DNA from: Candidatus Saccharimonadota bacterium | GTDB lineage: Bacteria; Patescibacteriota; Gracilibacteria; Absconditabacterales; Absconditicoccaceae | Assembly (NCBI GenBank): GCA_965231145.1 | Contig: OZ246420.1 | Coordinates: 990,001 to 1,022,000, forward strand | DNA: 32,000 nt | Reading direction: 5' to 3' | Shown here: piece by piece, positions 7,886 to 18,100 of the stretch | How positions within the stretch are numbered: position 1 is the stretch's first letter | How the letters are laid out: every line of letters starts with the position of its first letter | Position numbers and translations under genes: made by a program | The notes under the pieces: model-generated | Database searches by the model: none | Told to the model about the DNA's origin: nothing | Seen by the model: only the letters and a program-made list of their open reading frames with translations

Positions 7886-7977
7886 AACATCTTAAAATTA
7901 AAAACCAAAATCTTAAAGCAGCTTTCAGTTTTAAGGTTTTAGTTTTACGCTATGCTCTCTTTATTATGTAACGCGTT

Positions 7978-10521
7978 ATGTATCCAATGGCAAAAGTAGT
8001 AATCCACCGCAATGGGCAGGTAGAACCATTTAAAACAGAGAAGGTTATCAACGCTATCAAAGATGTTATTGCAGATATCAAGATAGATGATCCCTTTGTG
8101 GCAATGTTCAAGATCATCAAGAACTTTGAAACAAGACTTGCTGATGAAGTAAAAACAGAAGAGATAGATGGACTGATCTTGAAAGCTATTGAACCGCTCA
8201 TTCCGGAAGATACTATTTACGACCAGATCGCTACAAGACAGCTTGTAAAGCTTATTTCTGAGGATGTAAACAAGAGATTTTCTAGTTTCAGCGAATACAT
8301 TTCGTTTGGTGTGGAAAACAAACTGCTCGATCCAAGGATGAAAGAATTTGATCTTGGCACGCTCGAACTGAACATCAATTACGACAACGATAAATATCTG
8401 AACTATTTCGGAACATCAACGCTTCAGCATAGATATCTCGTCAAGGACCACTCAAAGAACGTGCTTGAGAAGCCACAGTGGATGTGGATGCGTATCGCTA
8501 TGGGTCTCAGCATCCTGGAACCAAATAAGGAAGATTTTGCGATCAAAATTTACAACAAACTTGCAACTCTGAGATATCTTCATTCGACTCCAACCCTCTT
8601 CAACTCAGGAACAAATTTTCCTCAGCTTATCAGCTGTTTCATCGGAGTGATCGGAGACAGTATTGAAGACATTATGGCGAAAGCTACAGATGCAGCTCAG
8701 TATGCGAAGTTTGCAGGAGGAACTGCGATGTCCTTTACGAAACTCAGAGCATCTGGATCAAATATCAAATCTATCAACTCTGCATCATGCGGCCCCATTC
8801 CATTTATTAAAATCTTTGACACAACTGTTGCATCAGTTGCAATCGGTGGAAAGAGAGCATCAAATCTTGTGGCATATCTTGAGCCATGGCATTATAACAT
8901 CGAAGAGTTTCTTGACCTCAAAGAGACCAATGGTAATGAAGCTATGAGAGCAAGAAAGCTTAATACAGCACTCTGGATACCGGATGAATTTATGGAAAGA
9001 GTGATGAGAGATGAAGACTGGTATATGTTCGATCCAAAAGAAACTCCAGAACTCGTAGAAACATGGGGACCAACATTTTCTCAGCACTATAAGAGCTATG
9101 CAGAAAAAGCAGAGAAGGGAGAAATGAAAATGTGGAAAAAGACAAAAGCACAAGAACTCTACAGAGAGATGCTTATCAGGATGGCGAAGACTGGTAACTA
9201 CTGGATCAACTTTAAAGACAGACACAACGAAAAGAGCCAGGCTCCAAGCTACGCCTTGATCCACTCTACAAACATGTGTACAGAGATTTCTATTCCAAAT
9301 CGCGAAGACAGTACAGCAACATGTACACTTGCATCTCTCAATCTCAGCAGATTTGTCATGCACGACAAGCTCGCAAACGTGAAAGAGATGACACTTGAAC
9401 AAAAGCTTGAGTGTATCAACTGGAAAGATCTTGTAGAAACAGCGCAAATAGCAACACAGGCTCTCGACAATGTTATTGAGCTCAATCACTATGTATCAGA
9501 AACTTCAAAGAAAGGAAGCTTTGACCTCAGACCTCTCGGACTTGGAGTTATGGGATTTGGTGAAATGCTCCTCTATCTCGACATTGCATATGAACACGCT
9601 GACGCTCTCGCACTTTCAGACAGGCTTGGTAGTACTATCTATAATGCAGCACTTGAGACATCGAAAGAGCTCGCAAAGACAAGAGGAACATTTGCTGACT
9701 ACGACAGTACAAGATACTCATATGAGCCAAGAAGAAACATTCTCCTTCTTGCTATCGCTCCTACAGCGACTATTTCAAACATTGCAGGAACATCGAGTGG
9801 TATCGAAACATTCTTTTCTAATGTATATGCAAGAGAGACTATCTCTGGTAAGTTCACTATCGTAGTGAAACATCTTATCGAAAGACTCAAGGCTGCAGGT
9901 ATGTGGGATGAAGATATCAGACAGAAAATCATGGATGCACAAGGATCTGTGCAGCATATCGGAGAAATAGATAATGCGTTTAACAAGCAGGTATTTAAGA
10001 CAGTATATGAGTGCTCTCCGGGTTCTCAGATCGACGTTGCGGCTGTATGGCAGAAGTATGTAGATCAGGCTATCTCAAGAAATCTCTACGTGAAAGAGCA
10101 TGAGAGAAGCAGCCTCTTCGACATCTATATGTATGCGTGGAAGCAAGGTCTTAAATCAACATACTACTGCTTCATCGAAAAGAACATTCAAGGAGAAAAG
10201 TATACAGAAAACGTAAATAAGCGTGGTGCTCGTGTAGGATTTTGAGCTGGTTCTCAAGACGCTCCTGCTGCTACAGCTACAACATCTGCAGCGCCAAGAG
10301 GTTTTGGAGCTGTGACGACAACACCCGTTGCTGCCGCTGTTGTAGATCTTACCTCTATCGACTTCAAAAATGTTACTAACGAACAAAGAGCCGCTATCGA
10401 GGCAAAGATGAGAGCAGAAAAGGGTGATGAATATGTAGAGAAACTCAAAGCAGGAACACTTTACGGTGACTCATGCCCTGTTGATCCATTTGAAAAAGTA
10501 ATGTGTGAAGGTTGCCAATAA
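7978..10521 (+). CDS. nrdA: Ribonucleotide reductase large subunit (R1), class I, with N-terminal ATP-cone, 847 aa
   Basis: An ATP-cone is present (VVIHRNGQVEPFKTEKVINAIKDVI), as are the catalytic-core motifs (NLCTEI-like STNMCTEIS, and PTATISNIAGTSSGIE). Track ORFs 7978..10245 and 10312..10521 are in one frame, joined through TGA 10243-10245. The extension ends in ...CPVDPFEKVMCEGCQ, the C-terminal redox cysteine pair expected for R1. Confidence 0.92.
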
Positions 10522-10527
10522 ACACAC

Positions 10528-10556
10528 AAAAAAACATCCCGTTTGGGATGTTTTTT
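10528..10556 (+). terminator. Rho-independent terminator after nrdA
   Basis: AAAAAAACATCCC-GTTT-GGGATGTTTTTT has a 7-bp stem and a T-run, starting 7 nt past the TAA. Confidence 0.8.
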
Positions 10557-10591
10557 AATTCAAAATTCAAAAAGCACAATTCACAATTAAG

Positions 10592-10625
10592 CATGAAGAG
10601 ACGTGCCGCGGCACGTCTCTTCATG
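10592..10625. repeat. 34-nt perfect palindrome CATGAAGAGACGTGCCGCGGCACGTCTCTTCATG
   Basis: Read directly. It starts 3 nt beyond the TAG stop (10629-10631) of the giant minus-strand gene and has no adjacent U-tract. Confidence 0.7.
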
Positions 10626-10628
10626 TAT

Positions 10629-13600
10629 CTATTTCTTAAACACATTAAGCGTCAGAGAGAGATCCTCTGCTCCCGGAGGGAGATTTGTGAAGATAGTAGG
10701 ATTTGCTTTGATGACGATAGCACCGTCGTTTAGCAATCCATCACTAGCTCTCTTATCAAACCAGTTTTCTACAACCGATCTTCTTCCCTTCACGAGATCA
10801 CTAAGATCTGCTCCAAGAAGGATACCATGGATAGTCAGCCTTCCACCATTGATCCAAGGTTTATTGAGATCGCTGTTGAACGCTGGCTGTCCGTCACCTT
10901 CTGCCTTGATATCTTTGAGTCCGATAAAGATACCATGTACTTCCTGATCCTGATTATTTGTCTTCGCATCTCCTTGCGCAGAGAAGATGATATCACCATC
11001 TCTTGCAATAAACATACCATTTGGATTTTGCTGCAGATCACCCTTGATAACGATGTCTCCGTTAATCACGATAAGCGTAAATGCTCATCCCTTGTAACTC
11101 ATCTTATCAAGAACAGTGATCATACCCTTTGTTCCAGCAGGAGTCTTCGCATCTATGACAAAGATATTCTTACTTGGAACTTTTGATACAACTGCTTTTT
11201 GGATAGTCGTATTGTCAGGGAGCTTATCCGTAATGACATCTGCTTTGACTGCGAGCGCAATATACTTATCTACCATCTTGGTGATAAGATTGATATCAAT
11301 ACCTCCGAGCGTAAATGGCTTGAGAGCTTGGATAAGCTCTGATACCGAGAGTACCATTGTTGTATCCTGTCTCTTATATGTATCAAGATCCGGTGTTGAC
11401 GAGAATGTACCACGCGGAGTTCTTGAAACTGCATACTGCTTTGTTACTCCGAAGTTCATCTGACATACTCTATCATATGGTTGGATAGCAGCGCCATTAC
11501 AGAGTTTTCCACTCACCACTTTCATAGTGATCATGTACTCACCGAGTCCAAGATAGTAACTTCCTGTGATCTGTTTTGCTCCAGCTCCACCAGGATATAT
11601 TTCAAGACCATATGCTATCTTCGCTGCGTTAAATGCTGTATCAATAAGCGGCAATTGCGGGTTATCATAACACGGCTGTGTCCATGTGATCACATGACCA
11701 TTTGGTCCTTGGAGATCAAACTTACACTGAAGAGAAGTAAGATTTACTCTTACATCTTTCGGCTGCGTCGTACACGATGATGTGACAAGAAGACGACCAG
11801 AACCAGCAGTTGTATAACCATATTCCATATCCCACCGATAAGGCATATATTCACCTACGTTAATAGCTGGTGGGTCTATATAACTACACTTCACTTCTGC
11901 GGTCATACCAGGAGGCTGATCTCTGAACTTACAGTCAGGACCACATACTCTTCCTGCAGGCACACCTGCTGGTTTTATACCAAGCGCAGCATTACCTGGA
12001 TCACATTGTTCACCTCTACTTGGCTGATAGAGACCATCTCCACAATATGGATATGATCCACCACCACCTCCTCCTCAACCACCACCTCATCAGCAGTTTG
12101 TACAAGGAACAATAGGTCATACACTTGCTTGAGATTCATCGTCTTCTACTCATGTATTTCTTCCTCTATTACACGGATTACTATCTCTATCTTTTACTCC
12201 ATTTGTCGCACTCATACCAATATATGAACACACTTCTGCATAGTTAGTTTCAACTACAGTACTTCTATAAGTACCCTGGAAAGTAATAGTGATAGAATCA
12301 CCAGGATTGAGTTGTGGAAGATTATAAAATGTAATATCTTTTGCCCCACTCAGGATCACATTCATCCCCGACGGTCACGTCGGATTTCCAAGATAGTCTA
12401 TACCCGCTGGAAGATAATCCTGTACTGTGTAACCGTTTACTGGCGATGGCACATCAGATTCATTGGTTACTCTGATAGTATAAGTCACTGTTTCACCATT
12501 TGCTGCAACCGATTTATCAATCATTTTTTGCAGGTTGATGTCAAAAAAACCTGTAGCAGAAACATCTCCTGTAGTAGTCGTTGTTGCTTCACCACAGTTA
12601 TTATTGTTGTAGTTATTGTCTCCTTCGATACAGACGACATTACGGTAAATATGCCCGCTAGCAAATTGTGTGACAATCTGTGCCTGGATAGAAACAAGCC
12701 CGCTATAACCTGGAGCCATATTAGTAAATCCAGTCCATATGAGAGTCTGGCCCGAAGCAGGCGTTCCGGCAACGATCGGATGACCAATATTGATTCCTGA
12801 AAGAATCGTTATTGATCCTGAAACATATGCTGTTCCCACTGGAAGCGAGTCAAGAAGCGACCAATTTGGTGCGGCGATTTGTCCGCTATTTCCATATCTA
12901 ATCGTATACGTTACAATATCTCCTGAGATAACCAATGGTCTGTCGATCACCTTGCTTGAGTAAAGATCGTAACAGAGCACGAGAAATTGTGCATTATCCT
13001 GAGCTGGAGCTGCGTTCGTAGCAGTAATTCTTCCGAGATTATCAACAATCTGATTTACACACACTGGCACAGTCGATCTGATTCTTACAAGGATTCTAAT
13101 AATACCTTGCTGACCAGGCAGAAGTGTTCCAATATTCCATGTAAGTGTCTGACCAGCTACTACTGAAGGCGAAGGGATCGCTGAAACAAAAGTAAGATCT
13201 GCTGGAAGTGTATCAGTCAACACAACACCTGTTGCTGTTCCGCTTCCTGAGTTACCGTATGTGAGTGTATAAATTGCATATCCATTTGGCACATATCCGC
13301 CAGTACTTGCTGCCACATCTTTTTGGATGTAGAGCTGTGGATTGAGCGGACACTGAATAGGTGACGTGACAAATGCACTATTATTAAACAGTGTGATTTC
13401 TGGAGTCACTGTCGCGATACTTACATCATTTCTCACTGTCACACAATTCGGTGTATTTCCTCTGATCCTTGTTGTCATCTGGATGACACCACCCGCATGC
13501 CCCACAATAGTTCCGAGATTATATCTTATGGTTGTTGTTCCATTTGCATTTGGTGTTACTGATGTCGGCGCCGGGATACTACTTATAAAATCAATTCCTG

Positions 13601-15077
13601 TACCCAAAATATCAGTGATGATCACACCTGTGGCAGCACCTGTTCCTATATTATTATAGAGAATCGTATAGTTAAGAATTCCACTTTGTACGTTACTTCC
13701 TGTGACTGATTTTGCGATCGCGAGATCGGGCGGCAGCACTACAGGAGGACACTGGATAGGCGATGTTACCATCGCATCGTTGTTCAGTGAATTTGAATCG
13801 TTCGTTGCAGAAACATTTACCCTATTGATAACTGTTGAACAGTTTGGAACTGTCAGTTTAATCTGCGCCTTAAAAACAATGGTACCTACTGCACCCGGCG
13901 CTACATTTCCGATATTCCATTTGATGGTTGTTGTTCCATCGACATTGAGCACAACAGAACTTGCTCCTGGAAGACTTGTTCCCGGAAGGAAAGTAAGACC
14001 TGTTCCAAGCGTATCAGTAATGACTACTCCGTTTGCAGTTCCTGCACCGAGGTTTCTATAGGTAATAGTATATGTTACTTCATTTCCTTGGATATTTGAC
14101 CCAGTAACTGATTTTGTCACAGTCATATCTGACGGTGGCGGAGGCGCTACCGGCGTACACATAGCAGAACATGTACTTCCTGGAGCTCCGTTCAAAGAAC
14201 CAAGGTCACATATTTCTGAAGCTGAACCGATATTGAATGATCCTACGTCAACAATACCATCACCACACCAGTGTACAGTCACGTTCATACATTCGTATGG
14301 TACGCGAGACTCTGATCCCCAACTTATCGCAGCCGAAGTCACTGATGATGTGCTCAGCACATAATGCGTTGGCCAGATCGGTGAAGATGTCGTCCATGAT
14401 GAACTGATATACCATGCATTGAACACGGCTCATCCATCTGTCGGACTAGCTGTAGGATACAACCAATAGTTATTTGTACCTGCAATCTTTGCTGAAAAAG
14501 GTCTATAGGCAATTTCGTATCCGATCTGAAATGTTCTCGATGCGATACTGTTGCTATCTGGCGCCGAAACCAAAAGCGGATGACTTTCTACTGCTCTTAC
14601 CCAGACGTCTTTCGGCGCGATCTTTGATTGTCTGTACCGTGCCATAGTAGTGTTAAGCGGCTGCGTCGTTGTTCCCACAAGCTTGGTGAGCATATTTTGA
14701 CCTCCGGCAGGAAGAAAGTATCTTACTTTTGTTCCTGGGAAGCCTGACTGTCTTCCTCAAATAAGATAGACTGGCGTTGTTCCTCCATTCATGACAAAAT
14801 TATCTCTTGCATAGTAGTTTGTACCAAGGTCTTTGATACCATCACCATTCAGATCATGAGCGAGATAGTAGTCTCTTGAGACATTTGCCTTCGTACAGAC
14901 TGATGCAGGAAGCGCAGAAGTTGCAGTTTCTTGGTCAAACAAGAGATTGTTCGTTGAATCAACGTATCCATTTTGGTACGTGTAACTTGGTCCAGGAATA
15001 ACTGCATATGCTGAAGAGATAAACCCTAGTCAAAGGGTTATCGCCATTCAGAACACTACTTTCAGCAAGTATTTCAT
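10629..15077 (-). CDS. Giant secreted surface protein, 1482 aa: signal peptide, 5 DUF11-type repeats, two CGDG...CD Cys-rich motifs, poly-Gly linker, uncharacterised C-terminal domain
   Basis: Six track fragments (14757..14942, 14430..14693, 12375..14426, 12150..12365, 11085..11963, 10629..11069) share one frame. They are joined by 11 in-frame TGA codons, and I translated every gap and found no TAA/TAG. The N-terminus MKYLLKVVFGMAITLGLGFISSAYA is signal-peptide-like. There are five ~125-aa repeats with the DUF11/TIGR01451-like signature (for example KSVTGSNIQGNEVTYTITYRNLGAGTANGVVITDTLGTGLTF). The motifs HWCGDGIVD and YCGDGLYQPSRGEQCD are also present. The stop is TAG. Confidence 0.85.
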
Positions 15078-15111
15078 GAAAAGTACAAAAAAAGGGTAAA
15101 TTATATGCAAA

Positions 15112-15139
15112 ATACTAGTATTTAATTGCTATTTGTCAA
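15112..15139 (-). promoter_or_regulatory. Candidate sigma70-type promoter in the 66-nt spacer between the two giant genes
   Basis: The minus-sense sequence has TTGACA (15139..15134), a 16-nt spacer and TAGTAT (15117..15112). This is a pattern match only. Confidence 0.3.
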
Positions 15140-15143
15140 GGTT

Positions 15144-18100
15144 TTATGGGTCTTGGCTGCCATTGTTTCCGGTTCCACCAGAGCCAGTATTTCCACCAGG
15201 ATCTTGATTTCCATTATTACCCGGATTAGTACTTGGACCATCCGTACCGTCAACAGGATTTGAACCTGGTGTTCCATCAACTCCGTCAACAGGATTTGAA
15301 CCCGGTGTTCCATTGCCTCCTTGTCAAGCACTTCCCCCACTATTTGATCCTCTTGTTGAGCTTGAACGGGTTGTTTGTCCGCCCGCCATGATACCAAGTC
15401 CAATCTTAAAAGTGTTTACTGTAAGGTAGTTATTTGTGTACTCTACACCCACATATACTCCTTCTTTCTTGTAGCTCACAATCATCTCACCAAAGCGGAG
15501 CATATATGCTTCATTTGCACATGGACCATTGAGTACTTTTTCAAAGACTGATGGAAGTTCTATCTTCACACCATTAATCTCGATCACCTTATTTTTAATA
15601 AGTTCTTTCATCTGCGCATCATCGAGGTGCACATTGACACCATTAGCCTTAAGTGCTTCATTGATCTTCTGATGTTGAACTTTAAACTCGTTAGTTCCTT
15701 GAAGAATATCAATAAACTTATCATATACTTTCTTTTCGCTTGAGGCGTCTTTCTTAAATTCTTTTCCATTTCCTGTAGCGATATCGACCTCCCCAAATCC
15801 AATCATTCCAGTCGTAGGAACAAGACCTCTTCTGTAGTAACCCACGAGAGCTACGGCGTTTCACACTGGCACATCACCATATTTCTCTTTCTTCCCATCA
15901 ACATCCTTTGCATCATCATAAATATCATCAAAAGCGTGAGCATCGATAACCACATTACTTGCCTTAAATGCATCTATATGTCCTCTTCTGTTTTTCAAAA
16001 GCGTTCCTACTGACTCAGAACCAGCATATCATTTTCATTTTCTAATTGCTTCTACTCTTGCTGAAAGCGAACCAGCCTGAAGGAAGACATTGACGATCTG
16101 TCTCTTATGCTCATCACTCTTGTCCCACATATCTTCAAATTCACGCCACTGCTCTTCATTTGCAAAAAGCTTCAAATATCTCGTGATGATTGTACTTATC
16201 TTCAATCTAATCTTCTCATATATTTCCGGCGAAGCAGTTTTTCTCGTTAATGCCACGAACTCACCGAAAAGAGCATTATACTTTTCTTTATTTATATTGT
16301 CTGATTTTGTGGCATTGAGAAATTTGTCCCTCGCATCTGAACCTCTCAAAATTTCATTAATAAGAACTTTATCAGCCATAGGAATATCTGGGCCAAAGTC
16401 GAGCGATATTCTTCTTACTTCTACTTCTGGATGTTGATCACCTTCAGCAAATGTTTCTGGCTTACCATTGATAGATTTGTTGACTGGAATCTTTTTCAAG
16501 TCAGCATCTTTCTTCCTATCATAGCCAAGATATATCTTCTCTTTTGTTGTATAGGCATTGATAAGTCTGCCTGCAAAGACACTCATACCCTTAGGAAATA
16601 CGATACGATCACCTGCCACAATAACTGACGATGGATCTTTCACAAACACATCACACTGATCATAGAGCGGTCTTTCGTCTTTATTACGCTTAGATTTAGC
16701 TATCGTAATTGTTCCTTCTGTGCCCGACACCTTGAAGTCTTCTCCAAGCCAGTACTGAAGTTTCTCTACAGCACTCATACCGTTCACATCAGAATTATCA
16801 AAATTTCTGAATGCATTCAAGCTATCAAGATTTGCTTCTTTCTTTTGCTTATCGTACATATCCGTCCATGTCGTTGATCTTCCATAGATAGTGATTCCTA
16901 TAAAGATTTTGATAATTGGTACACTGAGCACAGTTCCAATACCTACTTCTACCGAAAGATCACCATGCCCCTTACTTTCCTTCAATGCATGATTTGTCCA
17001 GTTCGATATATATGTTTCTGCGATCTCATCTGTTGTCAGATTAAATGTTTCCATACCATCTACGATATGTTGTGCAAGCTGTCTGATGTATTTTCTATTT
17101 TCAGGATCAGCAGAAGGAAGTTGCTCCAAAAGTATTTGTTCAACCTGCGGCGTCTTCATCCCAACCTTCACATCTTTCAGTACATCTTTTATAACGCGCT
17201 CCATATTTTGCGACTGACGTTCAATACCAGCCATAAGATTGCTTCCTACATAGAAACCAGCTCCAAAATAAACTGGGCTTGCTTCTACAAACATTCCGCC
17301 CTTCCACATTGGTGTCGGAACAAGTGTCGACTTAAGCTTCTGTCCATTGAGTACCTGATCAACACTTAAGCGAGTAAATGGCACGATGTTTGCTATACCA
17401 ACATCCGCATGCACTGTTACATCTTCACTCATCTGTATATCCATACCAAGATCTATCACAAAGCCTGGTTGTCCTGACGTACTCATACCAAGTCCAATAC
17501 TCATACGCTCAGAGATATCTCCTGCTCTTCCCATATCGATAGATACTCCCGCTCCAAGACCTACAACATTTACTCCACTATTAGTCACTCTATTTGTCGA
17601 CGAAACAATATTACCATTTTTATCAACAACGTTTTCTGTATGTACGTCTGTCTTAGAAACCATTAAAGCTCCTCCTGCAATTTGTAATGCAGCATAGCGA
17701 TCAAGTTTTCTCTGTATCTCTTGTCTATCAGCAGCACTCAAGGTTGAAGAGGTTGCTTTTGCAGCAGCATCAATAGCTGCTGCTGTTTTCTTACGAATCT
17801 CTTTACCATATTGTTTTTCTACAATATTTGCAGCGCTTTCCATTTGCTCCTCAGACGTCATTTCTTTTTCATAAGGAAGCTTCTTCATAGGCTCAGTAAG
17901 CCAATTTTTCAAAGAGACTACTGTCATATGAGGCAATACTTCATAGAGAAGATCTCTTACCATCTGGAGCGTATCTCCATCATCAAGAAGCTCTGAAAAT
18001 TCTGCAGCATTATTCCATCTTGGAAGGTCATTTCTGCCTCTTGCACGCATCATTCTTGAAAGTCTCTTATAAAGAGCAGCAGAGAACTCATCTTGTCCCA

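Noticed and set aside
10445-10733. Two ORFs on opposite strands both contain MKRRAAARLFM.
   Set aside because: This is a mirror-image artefact of translating the 34-nt perfect palindrome at 10592..10625 on both strands. It is non-coding spacer between convergent genes.
12312-14061. Long plus-strand ORFs (12312..12800, 13366..13659, 13702..14061) lie antisense to the DUF11 gene. Similar antisense ORFs lie inside the 1339-aa gene (16090..16437, 16965..17369, 17386..17697).
   Set aside because: Their composition is low-complexity and Cys/Ser/Ile-rich with no motifs. They lie entirely inside strongly supported genes on the other strand, so they are shadow ORFs.
15122-15403. A minus-strand ORF with the striking internal repeat QVQILLTELMEHQVQILLT.
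   Set aside because: It is the 36-nt tandem repeat of the giant gene's tail read in the wrong frame. The correct frame is continuous with the upstream 1300 codons.
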